From contig OZ176054.1 of the NCBI GenBank assembly GCA_964247055.1, positions 744,001-808,000 on the forward strand: a stretch of 64,000 nt of DNA. The letters run 5' to 3'. A program made the translations under genes and the position numbers. The DNA is from Paragordius varius (lineage: Eukaryota; Animalia; Nematomorpha). Under the pieces are notes generated by a model. It was not told the origin of the DNA. It worked only from the letters and a program-made list of their open reading frames with translations, and ran no database searches. Below are positions 10,261-25,500 of this stretch, piece by piece. Positions within the stretch are counted from its first letter, which is position 1. Each line of letters opens with the position of its first letter.

Positions 10261-13200
10261 AAAAATCGGATATGAAAGAGTTTGTCAAACTATTTCTACA
10301 TTTTGATGTAGTCTTGCTAAGAGAATATATAAAAAATAATTTTGTTCACCGGTGACCAATATCCGATTTTTAAGGACAAAGTTTAACTTGAGTATTGATG
10401 CGATTTATTGATACGACTAGTTTTATACATTTTTTAAAGTATCGTTGTAAAAATCGGATATGAAAGAGTTTGTCAAACTATCTCTATATTTTGATGTAGT
10501 CTTGCTAAGAGAATGTATAAAAAATAATTTTGTTCACCGGTGACCAATATCCGATTTTTAAGGACAAAGTTTAACTTGAGTATTGATGCGACTAGTTTAA
10601 TACATTAATTTTTAAAGTATCGTTGTAAAAATCGGATATGAAAGAGTTGGCCAAACTATCTCTATATTTTGATGTAGTCCTACTAAGAGAATGTATAAAA
10701 AATAATTTTGTTCACCGGTGACCAATATCCGATTTTTAAGGACAAAGTTTAACTTGAGTATTGATGCGATTTATTGATACGACTCGTTTTATACATTAAT
10801 TTTTAAAGTATCATTGTAAAAATTGGATATGAAAGAGTTTGTCTAACTATCTCTATATTTTGAGGTAGTCATACTAAGAGAATGTATAAAAAATAATTTT
10901 GTTCACCGGTGACCAATATCCGATTTTTAAGGACAAAGTTTAACTTGAGCATTGATGCGATTTATTGATACGACTTTTTCTACATTAATTTTTAAAGTAT
11001 CGTTGTAAAAATCGGATATGAAAGAGTTTGTCAAACTATCTCTATATTTTGATGTAGTCTTGCTAAGAGAATATATAAAAAATAATTTTGTTCACCGGTG
11101 ACCAATATCCGATTTTTAAGGACAAAGTTTAATTTGAGTATTGATGCGACTAGTTTAATACATAAATTTTTAAAGTATCGTTGTAAAAATCGGATATGAA
11201 AGAGTTTGTCAAACTATCTCTATATTTTGATGTAGTCTTACTAAGAGATTGTATAAAAAATAATTTTGTTCACCGGTGAGCAATATCCGATTTTTAAGGA
11301 CAAAGTTTAACTTGAGTATTGATGCGACCAGTTTAATACATTAATTTTTAAAGTATCGTTGTAAAAATCGGATATGAAAGAGTTTGTCAAACTATCTCTA
11401 TATTTTGATGTAGTCTTACTAAGAGAATGTATAAAAAATAATTTTGTTCACCGGTGACCAATATCCGATTTTTAAGGACAAAGTTTAACTTGAGTAGTGA
11501 TGCGACTAGTTTAATACATTAATTTTTAAAGTATCGTTGTAAAAATCGGATATGAAAGAGTTTGTCAAACTATCTCTATATTTTGATGTAGTCTTACTAA
11601 GAGAATGTATAAAAAATTATTTTGTTCACCCGTGACCAATATCCGATTTTTAACGACAAAGTTTAACTTGAGTATTGATGCGACTAGTTTAATACATTAA
11701 TTTTTAAAGTATCGTTGTAAAAATCGGATATGAAAGAGTTTGTCAAACTATCTCTATATTTTGATGTAGTCTTACTAAGAGAATGTATAAAAAATAATTT
11801 TGTTCACCGGTGACAAATATTCGATTTTTAAGGACAAAGTTTAACTTGAGTATTGATGCGACTAGTTTTATACATTAATTTTTAAAGTATCGTTGTAAAA
11901 ATCGGATATGAAAGAGTTTGTCAAACTATCTCTATATTTTGATGTAGTCTTACTAAGAGAATGTATAAAAAATTATTTTGTTCACCGGTGATATATCAGA
12001 TTTTTAAGGACAAAGTTTAACTTGAGTATTGATGCGACTAGTTTTATACATTAATTTATAAAGTATCGTTGTAATCGGATATGAAAGAGTTTGTCAAACT
12101 ATCTCTATATTTTGATGTAGTCTTGCTAAGAGAATGTATAAAAAATAATTTTGTTCACCGGTGACCAATATCCGATTTTTAAGGACAAAGTTTAACTTGA
12201 TTATTGATGCGACTAGTTTAATACATTAATTTTTAAAGTATCGTTGTAAAAATCGGATATGAAAGAGTTTGTCAAACTGATGTAGTCTTACTAAGAGAAT
12301 GTATAAAAAAGAATTTTGTTCACCGGTGACCAATATCCGATTTTTAAGGACAAAGTTTAACTTGATTATTGATGCGACTAGTTTAATACATTAATTTTTA
12401 AAGTATCGTTGTAAAAATCGGATATGAAAGAGTTTGTCAAACTGATGTAGTCTTACTAAGAGAATGTATAAAAAATAATTTTGTTCACCGGTGACCAATA
12501 TCCGATTTTTAAGGACAAAGTTTAACTTGAGTATTGATGCGACTAGTTTAACACATTAATTTATAAATATCGTTGTAAAAATCGGATATGAAAGAGTTTG
12601 TCAAACTATCTCTATATTTTGATGTAGTCTTACTAAGAGAATGTATAAAAAATAATTTTGTTCACCGGTGACCAATATTCGATTTTTAAGGACAAAGTTT
12701 AACTTGAGTATTGATGCGACTAGTTTAGTACATTAATTTTTAATGTATCGTTGTAAAAATCGGATATGAAAGAACCAAACTATCTCTATATTTTGATGTA
12801 GTCCTACTAAGAGAATGTATAAAAAATAATTTTGTTCACCCGTGACCAATATCCGATTTTTAAGGATAAAGTTTAACTTGAGTATTGATGCGACTAGTTT
12901 AACACATTAATTTATAAATATCGTTGTAAAAATCGGATATGAAAGAGTTTGTCAAACTATCTCTATATTTTGATGTAGTCTTGCTAAGAGAATAAATGAA
13001 AAATAATTTTGTTCACCGGTGACCAATATCCGATTTTTAAGGACAAAGTTTAATTTGAGTATTGATGCAACTAGTTTAATACATTAATTTTTAAAGTATC
13101 GTTGTAAAAATCGGATATGAAAGAGTTTGTCAAACTATTTCTATATTTTGATGTAGTTTTACTAAGAGAATGTATTAAAAATAATTTTGTTCACCGGTGA

Positions 13201-14949
13201 CCAATATCCGATTTTTAAGGACAAAGTTTAACTTGAGTATTGATGCGATTTATTGATACGACTCGTTTTATACATTAATTTTTAAAGTATCATTGTAAAA
13301 ATTGGATATGAAAGAGTTTGTCTAACTATCTCTATATTTTGAGGTAGTCATACTAAGAGAAAGTATAAAAAATAATTTTGTTCACCGGTGACCAATATCC
13401 GATTTTTAAGGACAAAGTTTAACTTGAGCATTGATGCGATTTATTGATACGACTTTTTCTACATTAATTTTTAAAGTATCGTTGTAAAAATCGGATATGA
13501 AAGAGTTTGTCAAACTATCTCTATATTTTGATGTAGTCTTGCTAAGAGAATATATAAAAAATAATTTTGTTCACCGGTGACCAATATCCGATTTTTAAGG
13601 ACAAAGTTTAATTTGAGTATTGATGCGACTAGTTTAATACATAAATTTTTAAAGTATCGTTGTAAAAATCGGATATGAAAGAGTTTGTCAAACTATCTCT
13701 ATATTTTGATGTAGTCTTACTAAGAGATTGTATAAAAAATAATTTTGTTCACCGGTGAGCAATATCCGATTTTTAAGGACAAAGTTTAACTTGAGTATTG
13801 ATGCGACCAGTTTAATACATTAATTTTTAAAGTATCGTTGTAAAAATCGGATATGAAAGAGTTTGTCAAACTATCTCTATATTTTGATGTAGTCTTACTA
13901 AGAGAATGTATAAAAAATAATTTTGTTCACCGGTGACAAATATTCGATTTTTAAGGACAAAGTTTAACTTGAGTATTGATGCGACTAGTTTTATACATTA
14001 ATTTTTAAAGTATCGTTGTAAAAATCGGATATGAAAGAGTTTGTCAAACTATCTCTATATTTTGATGTAGTCTTGCTAAGAGAATATATAAAAAATAATT
14101 TTGTTTACCGGTGACCAATATCCGATTTTTAAGGACAAAGTTTAACTTGAGTAGTGATGCGACTAGTTTAATACATTAATTTTTAAAGTATCGTTGTAAA
14201 AATCGGATATGAAAGAGTTTGTCAAACTATCTCTATATTTTGATGTAGTCTTACTAAGAGAATGTATAAAAAATTATTTTGTTCACCCGTGACCAATATC
14301 CGATTTTTAACGACAAAGTTTAACTTGAGTATTGATGCGACTAGTTTAATACATTAATTTTTAAAGTATCGTTGTAAAAATCGGATATGAAAGAGTTGGC
14401 CAAACTATCTCTATATTTTGATGTAGTCCTACTAAGAGAATGTATAAAAAATAATTTTGTTCACCGGTGACCAATATCCGATTTTTAAGGACAAATTTTA
14501 ACTTGAGTATTGATGCGATTTATTGATACGACTAGTTTTATACATTAATTTTTAAAGTATCGTTGTAAAAATCGGATATGAAAGAGTTTGTCAAACTATT
14601 TCTATATTTTGATGTAGTCTTACTAAGAGAATGTATAAAAAATTATTTTGTTCACCGGTGACCAATATCCAATTTTTAAGGATAAAGTTTAACTTGAGTA
14701 TTGATGCGACTAGTTTTATACATAAATTTTTAAAGTATCGTTGTAAGAATCGGATATGAAAGAGTTTGTCAAACTATCTCTATATTTTGATGTAGTCTTA
14801 CTAAGAGAATGTAGAAAAAATTATTTTGTTCACCGGTGACCAATATCCAATTTTTAAGGATAAAGTTTAACTTGAGTATTGATGCGACTAGTTTTATACA
14901 TTAATTTATAAAGTATCGTTGTAAAAATCGGATATGAAAGAGTTTGTCA

Positions 14950-17900
14950 AACTATCTCTATATTTTGATGTAGTCTTGCTAAGAGAATGTATAAAAAATA
15001 ATTTTGTTCACCGGTGACCAATATCCGATTTTTAAGGACAAAGTTTAACTTGAGTATTGATTCGACTAGTTTAATACATAATTTTTAAAGTATGGTTGTA
15101 AAAATCGGATATGAAAGAGTTTGTCAAACTATCTCTATATTTTGATGTAGTCTTACTAAGAGAATGTATAAAAAATAATTTTGTTCACCGGTGACCAATA
15201 TTCGATTTTTAAGGACAAAGTTAAACTTGAGTATTGATGCGACTAGTTTAAATTAATTTTTAAAGTATCGTTGTAAAAATCGGATATTAAAGAGTTTGTC
15301 AAACTATCTCTATATTTTGATGTAGTCTTACTAAGAGAAGGTATAAAAAATAATTTTGTACACCAGTGACCAATATCCAATTTTTAAGGACAAAGTTTAA
15401 CTTGAGTATTGATGCGATTTATTGATACGACTAGTTTTATACATTAATTTTTAAAGTATCGTTGTAAAAATCGGATATGAAAGAGTTTGTCAAACTATCT
15501 CTATATGATGTAGTCTTACTAATAAAATGTATAAAAAATAATTTTGTTCACCGGTGACCAATATCCGATTTTTAAGGACAAAGTTTAATTTGAGTATTGA
15601 TGCGACTAGTTTAATACATTAATTTTTAAAGTATCGTTGTAAAAATCGGATATGAAAAAGTTTGTCAAACTATCTCTATATTTTCATGTAGTCTTACTAA
15701 GAGAATGTATAAAAAATTATTTTGTTCACCGGTGACCAATATCCGATTTTTAAGGACAAAATTTAACTTGAGTATTGATGCGACTAGAATACATTAATTT
15801 TTAAAGTATCGTTGTAAATATCGGATATGAAAGAGTTTGTCAAACTATCTCTATATTTTGATGTAGTCTTACTAAGAGAATGTATAAAAATAATTTTGTT
15901 CACCGGTGACCAATATCCGATTTTTAAGGACAAAGTTTAACTTGAGTATTGATGCGACTTATTGATACGACTAGTTTTATATATTAATTTATAAAGTATC
16001 GTTATAAAAATCGGATATGAAAGAGTTTGTCAAACTATCTCTATATTTTGATGTAGTCTTGCTAAGTGAATGTATAAAAAATATTTTGTTCACCGGTGAC
16101 CAATATCCGATTTTTAAGGACAAAGTTAAACTTGAGTATTGATGCGACTAGTTTAAATTAATTTTTAAAGTATCGTTGTAAAAATCGGATATTAAAGAGT
16201 TTGTCAAACTATCTCTATATTTTGATGTAGTCTTACTAAGAGAATGTATAAAAAATAATTTTGTACACCAGTGACCAATATCCAATTTTTAAGGACAAAG
16301 TTTAACTTGAGTATTGATGCGATTTATTGATACGACTAGTTTTATACATTAATTTTTAAAGTATCGTTGTAAAAATCGGATATGAAAGAGTTTGTCAAAC
16401 TATCTCTATATGATGTAGTCTTACTAATAAAATGTATAAAAAATAATTTTGTTCACCGGTGACCAAAATCCGATTTTTAAGGACAAAGTTTAATTTGAGT
16501 ATTGATGCGACTAGAATACATTAATTTTTAAAGTATCGTTGTAAAAATCGGATATGAAAGAGTTTGTAAAACTATCTCTATATTTTGATGTAGTCCTACT
16601 AAGAGAATGTATAAAAAATAATTTTGTTCACCGGTGACCAATATCCGATTTTTGAGGACAAAGTTTCACTTGAGTATTGATGCGACTAGTTTAACACATT
16701 AATTTTTAAAGTATCGTTGTAAAAATCGGATATGAAAGAGTTTGTAAAACTATCTCTATATTTTGATGTAGTCCTACTAAGAGAATGTATAAAAAATAAT
16801 TTTGTTCACCGGTGACCAATATCCGATTTTTAAGGACAAAGTTAAACTTGAGTATTGATGCGACAAGTTTAAATTAATTTTTAAAGTATCGTTGTAAAAA
16901 TCGGATATTAAAGAGTTTGTCAAACTATCTCTATATTTTGATGTAGTCTTACTAAGAGAATGTATAAAAAATTATTTTGTTCACCGGTGACCAATATCCG
17001 ATTTTTAAGGACAAAATTTAACTTGAGTATTGATGCGACTAGAATACATTAATTTTTAAAGTATCGTTGTAAAAATCGGATATGAAAGAGTTTGTCAAAC
17101 TATCTCTATATTTTGATGTAGTCTTACTAAGAGAATGTATAAAAATAATTTTGTTCACCGGTGACCAATATCCGATTTTTAAGGACAAAGTTTAACTTGA
17201 GTATTGATGCGACTTATTGATACGACTAGTTTTATATATTAATTTATAAAGTATCGTTATAAAAATCGGATATGAAAGAGTTTGTCAAACTATCTCTATA
17301 TTTTGATGTAGTCTTGCTAAGTGAATGTATAAAAAATATTTTGTTCACCGGTGACCAATATCCGATTTTTAAGGACAAAGTTAAACTTGAGTATTGATGC
17401 GACTAGTTTAAATTAATTTTTAAAGTATCGTTGTAAAAATCGGATATTAAAGAGTTTGTCAAACTATCTCTATATTTTGATGTAGTCTTACTAAGAGAAT
17501 GTATAAAAAATAATTTTGTACACCAGTGACCAATATCCAATTTTTAAGGAGAAAGTTTAACTTGAGTATTGATGCGATTTATTGATAGGACTAGTTTTAT
17601 ACATTAATTTTTAAAGTATCGTTGTAAAAATCGGATATGAAAGAGTTTGTCAAACTATCTCTATATGATGTAGTCTTACTAATAAAATGTATAAAAAATA
17701 ATTTTGTTCACCGGTGACCAATATCCGATTTTTAAGGACAAAGTTTAATTTGAGTAATGATGCGACTAGTTTAATACATTAATTTTTAAAGTATCGTTGT
17801 AAAAATCGGATATGAAAAAGTTTGTCAAACTATCTCTATATTTTCATGTAGTCTTACTAAGAGAATGTATAAAAAATTATTTTGTTCACCGGTGACCAAT

Positions 17901-20900
17901 ATCCGATTTTTAAGGACAAAATTTAACTTGAGTATTGATGCGACTAGAATACATTAATTTTTAAAGTATCGTTGTAAAAATCGGATATGAAAGAGTTTGT
18001 CAAACTATCTCTATATTTTGATGTAGTCTTACTAAGAGAATGTATAAAAATTATTTTGTTCACCGGTGACCAATATCCGATTTTTAAGGACAAAGTTTAA
18101 CTTGAGTATTGATGCGACTTATTGATACGACTAGTTTTATATATTAATTTATAAAGTATCGTTATAAAAATCGGATATGAAAGAGTTTGTCAAACTATCT
18201 CTATATTTTGATGTAGTCTTGCTAAGTGAATGTATAAAAAATATTTTGTTCACCGGTGACCAATATCCGATTTTTAAGGACAAAGTTAAACTTGAGTATT
18301 GATGCGACTAGTTTAAATTAATTTTTAAAGTATCGTTGTAAAAATCGGATATTAAAGAGTTTGTCAAACTATCTCTATATTTTGATGTAGTCTTACTAAG
18401 AGAATGTATAAAAAATAATTTTGTACACCAGTGACCAATATCCAATTTTTAAGGACAAAGTTTAACTTGAGTATTGATGCGATTTATTGATACGACTAGT
18501 TTTATACATTAATTTTTAAAGTATCGTTGTAAAAATCGGATATGAAAGAGTTTGTCAAACTATCTCTATATGATGTAGTCTTACTAATAAAATGTATAAA
18601 AAATAATTTTGTTCACCGGTGACCAATATCCGATTTTTAAGGACAAAGTTTAATTTGAGTATTGATGCGACTAGAATACATTAATTTTTAAAGTATCGTT
18701 GTAAAAATCGGATATGAAAGAGTTTGTAAAACTATCTCTATATTTTGATGTAGTCCTACTAAGAGAATGTATAAAAATTAATTTTGTTCACCGGTGACCA
18801 ATATCCGATTTTTGAGGACAAAGTTTCACTTGAGTATTGATGCGACTAGTTTAACACATTAATTCTTAAAGTATCGTTGTAAAAATCGGATATGAAAGAG
18901 TTTGTCAAACTATCTCTATATTTTGATGTAGTCTTGCTAAGAGAATGTATAAAAAATAATTTTGTTCACCGGTGACCAATATCCGATTTTTAAGGACAAA
19001 GTTTAACTTGAGTATTGATTCGACTAGTTTAATACATAATTTTTAAAGTATGGTTGTAAAAATCGGATATGAAAGAGTTTGTCAAACTATCTCTATATTT
19101 TGATGTAGTCTTACTAAGAGAATGTATAAAAAATAATTTTGTTCACCGGTGACCAATATTCGATTTTTAAGGACAAAGTTAAACTTGAGTATTGATGCGA
19201 CTAGTTTAAATTAATTTTTAAAGTATCGTTGTAAAAATCGGATATTAAAGAGTTTGTCAAACTATCTCTATATTTTGATGTAGTCTTACTAAGAGAAGGT
19301 ATAAAAAATAATTTTGTACACCAGTGACCAATATCCAATTTTTAAGGACAAAGTTTAACTTGAGTATTGATGCGATTTATTGATACGACTAGTTTTATAC
19401 ATTAATTTTTAAAGTATCGTTGTAAAAATCGGATATGAAAGAGTTTGTCAAACTATCTCTATATGATGTAGTCTTACTAATAAAATGTATAAAAAATAAT
19501 TTTGTTCACCGGTGACCAATATCCGATTTTTAAGGACAAAGTTTAATTTGAGTATTGATGCTACTAGTTTAATACATTAATTTTTAAAGTATCGTTGTAA
19601 AAATCGGATATGAAAAAGTTTGTCAAACTATCTCTATATTTTCATGTAGTCTTACTAAGAGAATGTATAAAAAATTATTTTGTTCACCGGTGACCAATAT
19701 CCGATTTTTAAGGACAAAATTTAACTTGAGTATTGATGCGACTAGAATACATTAATTTTTAAAGTATCGTTGTAAAAATCGGATATGAAAGAGTTTGTCA
19801 AACTATCTCTATATTTTGATGTAGTCTTACTAAGAGAATGTATAAAAATAATTTTGTTCACCGGTGACCAATATCCGATTTTTAAGGACAAAGTTTAACT
19901 TGAGTATTGATGCGACTTATTGATACGACTAGTTTTATATATTAATTTATAAAGTATCGTTATAAAAATCGGATATGAAAGAGTTTGTCAAACTATCTCT
20001 ATATTTTGATGTAGTCTTCCTAAGTGAATGTATAAAAAATATTTTGTTCACCGGTGACCAATATCCGATTTTTAAGGACAAAGTTAAACTTGAGTATTGA
20101 TGCGACCAGTTTAAATTAATTTTTAAAGTATCGTTGTAAAAATCGGATATTAAAGAGTTTGTCAAACTATCTCTATATTTTGATGTGGTCTTACTAAGAG
20201 AATGTATAAAAAATAATTTTGTACACCAGTGACCAATATCCAATTTTTAAGGACAAAGTTTAACTTGAGTATTGATGCGATTTATTGATACGACTAGTTT
20301 TATACATTAATTTTTAAAGTATCGTTGTAAAAATCGGATATGAAAGAGTTTGTCAAACTATCTCTATATGATGTAGTCTTACTAATAAAATGTATAAAAA
20401 ATAATTTTGTTCACCGGTGACCAAAATCCGATTTTTAAGGACAAAGTTTAATTTGAGTATTGATGCGACTAGAATACATTAATTTTTAAAGTATCGTTGT
20501 AAAAATCGGATATGAAAGAGTTTGTAAAACTATCTCTATATTTTGATGTAGTCCTACTAAGAGAATGTATAAAAAATAATTTTGTTCACCGGTGACCAAT
20601 ATCCGATTTTTGAGGACAAAGTTTCACTTGAGTATTGATGCGACTAGTTTAACACATTAATTTTTAAAGTATCGTTGTAAAAATCGGATATGAAAGAGTT
20701 TGTAAAACTATCTCTATATTTTGATGTAGTCCTACTAAGAGAATGTATAAAAAATAATTTTGTTCACCGGTGACCAATATCCGATTTTTAAGGACAAAGT
20801 TAAACTTGAGTATTGATGCGACTAGTTTAAATTAATTTTTAAAGTATCGTTGTAAAAATCGGATATTAAAGAGTTTGTCAAACTATCTCTATATTTTGAT

Positions 20901-23900
20901 GTAGTCTTACTAAGAGAATGTATAAAAAATTATTTTGTTCACCGGTGACCAATATCCGATTTTTAAGGACAAAATTTAACTTGAGTATTGATGCGACTAG
21001 AATACATTAATTTTTAAAGTATCGTTGTAAAAATCGGATATGAAAGAGTTTGTCAAACTATCTCTATATTTTGATGTAGTCTTACAAGAGAATGTATAAA
21101 AATAATTTTGTTCACCGGTGACCAATATCCGATTTTTAAGGACAAAGTTTAACTTGAGTATTGATGCGACTTATTGATACGACTAGTTTTATATATTAAT
21201 TTATAAAGTATCGTTATAAAAATCGGATATGAAAGAGTTTGTCAAACTATCTCTATATTTTGATGTAGTCTTGCTAAGTGAATGTATAAAAAATATTTTG
21301 TTCACCGGTGACCAATATCCGATTTTTAAGGACAAAGTTAAACTTGAGTATTGATGCGACTAGTTTAAATTAATTTTTAAAGTATCGTTGTAAAAATCGG
21401 ATATTAAAGAGTTTGTCAAACTATCTCTATATTTTGATGTAGTCTTACTAAGAGAATGTATAAAAAATAATTTTGTACACCAGTGACCAATATCCAATTT
21501 TTAAGGAGAAAGTTTAACTTGAGTATTGATGCGATTTATTGATACGACTAGTTTTATACATTAATTTTTAAAGTATCGTTGTAAAAATCGGATATGAAAG
21601 AGTTTGTCAAACTATCTCTATATGATGTAGTCTTACTAATAAAATGTATAAAAAATAATTTTGTTCACCGGTGACCAATATCCGATTTTTAAGGACAAAG
21701 TTTAATTTGAGTATTGATGCGACTAGTTTAATATATTAATTTTTAAAGTATCGTTGTAAAAATCGAATATGAAAAAGTTTGTCAAACTATCTCTATATTT
21801 TCATGTAGTCTTACTAAGAGAATGTATAAAAAATTATTTTGTTCACCGGTGACCAATATCCGATTTTTAAGGACAAAATTTAACTTGAGTATTGATGCGA
21901 CTAGAATACATTAATTTTTAAAGTATCGTTGTAAAAATCGGATATGAAAGAGTTTGTCAAACTATCTCTATATTTTGATGTAGTCTTACAAGAGAATGTA
22001 TAAAAATAATTTTGTTCACCGGTGACCAATATCCGATTTTTAAGGACAAAGTTTAACTTGAGTATTGATGCGACTTATTGATACGACTAGTTTTATATAT
22101 TAATTTATAAAGTATCGTTATAAAAATCGGATATGAAAGAGTTTGTCAAACTATCTCTATATTTTGATGTAGTCTTGCTAAGTGAATGTATAAAAAATAT
22201 TTTGTTCACCGGTGACCAATATCCGATTTTTAAGGACAAAGTTAAACTTGAGTATTGATGCGACTAGTTTAAATTAATTTTTAAAGTATCGTTGTAAAAA
22301 TCGGATATTAAAGAGTTTGTCAAACTATCTCTATATTTTGATGTAGTCTTACTAAGAGAATGTATAAAAAATAATTTTGTACACCAGTGACCAATATCCA
22401 ATTTTTAAGGAGAAAGTTTAACTTGAGTATTGATGCGATTTATTGATACGACTAGTTTTATACATTAATTTTTAAAGTATCGTTGTAAAAATCGGATATG
22501 AAAGAGTTTGTCAAACTATCTCTATATGATGTAGTCTTACTAATAAAATGTATAAAAAATAATTTTGTTCACCGGTGACCAATATCCGATTTTTAAGGAC
22601 AAAGTTTAATTTGAGTATTGATGCGACTAGTTTAATATATTAATTTTTAAAGTATCGTTGTAAAAATCGGATATGAAAAAGTTTGTCAAACTATCTCTAT
22701 ATTTTCATGTAGTCTTACTAAGAGAATGTATAAAAAATTATTTTGTTCACCGGTGACCAATATCCGATTTTTAAGGACAAAATTTAACTTGAGTATTGAT
22801 GCGACTAGAATACATTAATTTTTAAAGTATCGTTGTAAAAATCGGATATGAAAGAGTTTGTCAAACTATCTCTATATTTTGATGTAGTCTTACAAGAGAA
22901 TGTATAAAAATAATTTTGTTCACCGGTGACCAATATCCGATTTTTAAGGACAAAGTTTAACTTGAGTATTGATGCGACTTATTGATACGACTAGTTTTAT
23001 ATATTAATTTATAAAGTATCGTTATAAAAATCGGATATGAAAGAGTTTGTCAAACTATCTCTATATTTTGATGTAGTCTTGCTAAGTGAATGTATAAAAA
23101 ATATTTTGTTCACCGGTGACCAATATCCGATTTTTAAGGACAAAGTTAAACTTGAGTATTGATGCGACTAGTTTAAATTAATTTTTAAAGTATCGTTGTA
23201 AAAATCGGATATTAAAGAGTTTGTCAAACTATCTCTATATTTTGATGTAGTCTTACTAAGAGAATGTATAAAAAATAATTTTGTACACCAGTGACCAATA
23301 TCCAATTTTTAAGGAGAAAGTTTAACTTGAGTATTGATGCGATTTATTGATACGACTAGTTTTATACATTAATTTTTAAAGTATCGTTGTAAAAATCGGA
23401 TATGAAAGAGTTTGTCAAACTATCTCTATATGATGTAGTCTTACTAATAAAATGTATAAAAAATAATTTTGTTCACCGGTGACCAATATCCGATTTTTAA
23501 GGACAAAGTTTAATTTGAGTATTGATGCGACTAGTTTAATATATTAATTTTTAAAGTATCGTTGTAAAAATCGGATATGAAAAAGTTTGTCAAACTATCT
23601 CTATATTTTCATGTAGTCTTACTAAGAGAATGTATAAAAAATTATTTTGTTCACCGGTGACCAATATCCGATTTTTAAGGACAAAATTTAACTTGAGTAT
23701 TGATGCGACTAGAATACATTAATTTTTAAAGTATCGTTGTAAAAATCGGATATGAAAGAGTTTGTCAAACTATCTCTATATTTTGATGTAGTCTTACAAG
23801 AGAATGTATAAAAATAATTTTGTTCACCGGTGACCAATATCCGATTTTTAAGGACAAAGTTTAACTTGAGTATTGATGCGACTTATTGATACGACTAGTT

Positions 23901-25500
23901 TTATATATTAATTTATAAAGTATCGTTATAAAAATCGGATATGAAAGAGTTTGTCAAACTATCTCTATATTTTGATGTAGTCTTGCTAAGTGAATGTATA
24001 AAAAATATTTTGTTCACCGGTGACCAATATCCGATTTTTAAGGACAAAGTTAAACTTGAGTATTGATGCGACTAGTTTAAATTAATTTTTAAAGTATCGT
24101 TGTAAAAATCGGATATTAAAGAGTTTGTCAAACTATCTCTATATTTTGATGTAGTCTTACTAAGAGAATGTATAAAAAATAATTTTGTACACCAGTGACC
24201 AATATCCAATTTTTAAGGAGAAAGTTTAACTTGAGTATTGATGCGATTTATTGATACGACTAGTTTTATACATTAATTTTTAAAGTATCGTTGTAAAAAT
24301 CGGATATGAAAGAGTTTGTCAAACTATCTCTATATGATGTAGTCTTACTAATAAAATGTATAAAAAATAATTTTGTTCACCGGTGACCAATATCCGATTT
24401 TTAAGGACAAAGTTTAATTTGAGTATTGATGCGACTAGTTTAATATATTAATTTTTAAAGTATCGTTGTAAAAATCGGATATGAAAAAGTTTGTCAAACT
24501 ATCTCTATATTTTCATGTAGTCTTACTAAGAGAATGTATAAAAAATTATTTTGTTCACCGGTGACCAATATCCGATTTTTAAGGACAAAATTTAACTTGA
24601 GTATTGATGCGACTAGAATACATTAATTTTTAAAGTATCGTTGTAAAAATCGGATATGAAAGAGTTTGTCAAACTATCTCTATATTTTGATGTAGTCTTA
24701 CTAAGAGAATGTATAAAAATAATTTTGTTCACCGGTGACCAATATCCGATTTTTAAGGACAAAGTTTAACTTGAGGATTGATGCGACTTATTGATACGAC
24801 TAGTTTTATATATTAATTTATAAAGTATCGTTATAAAAATCGGATATGAAAGAGTTTGTCAAACTATCTCTATATTTTGATGTAGTCTTGCTAAGTGAAT
24901 GTATAAAAAATATTTTGTTCACCGGTGACCAATATCCGATTTTTAAGGACAAAGTTAAACTTAAGTATTGATGCGACTAGTTTAAATTAATTTTTAAAGT
25001 ATCGTTGTAAAAATCGGATATTAAAGAGTTTGTCAAACTATCTCTATATTTTGATGTAGTCTTACTAAGAGAATGTATAAAAAATAATTTTGTACACCAG
25101 TGACCAATATCCAATTTTTAAGGACAAAGTTTAACTTGAGTATTGATGCGATTTATTGATACGACTAGTTTTATACATTAATTTTTAAAGTATCGTTGTA
25201 AAAATCGGATATGAAAGAGTTTGTCAAACTATCTCTATATGATGTAGTCTTACTAATAAAATGTATAAAAAATAATTTTGTTCACCGGTGACCAATATCC
25301 GATTTTTAAGGACAAAGTTTAATTTGAGTATTGATGCGACTAGAATACATTAATTTTTAAAGTATCGTTGTAAAAATCGGATATGAAAGAGTTTGTAAAA
25401 CTATCTCTATATTTTGATGTAGTCCTACTAAGAGAATGTATAAAAAATAATTTTGTTCACCGGTGACCAATATCCGATTTTTGAGGACAAAGTTTCACTT
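14950..25500 (+). repeat. 5-mer higher-order repeat domain (904-905 bp) with 7-mer variants and a 3,958-bp super-period
   Basis: Marker GTACACCAGTG at 15,361, 16,266, 17,521, 18,426, 19,319, 20,224, 21,478, 22,382, 23,286, 24,190 and 25,095. Spacings are 905, 1255, 905, 893, 905, 1254, 904, 904, 904, 905. Confidence 0.9.

Noticed and set aside
19947-20243. 98-aa ORF on the minus strand
   Set aside because: Internal peptide repetition mirrors two adjacent monomers held in frame by small deletions. Not a gene.
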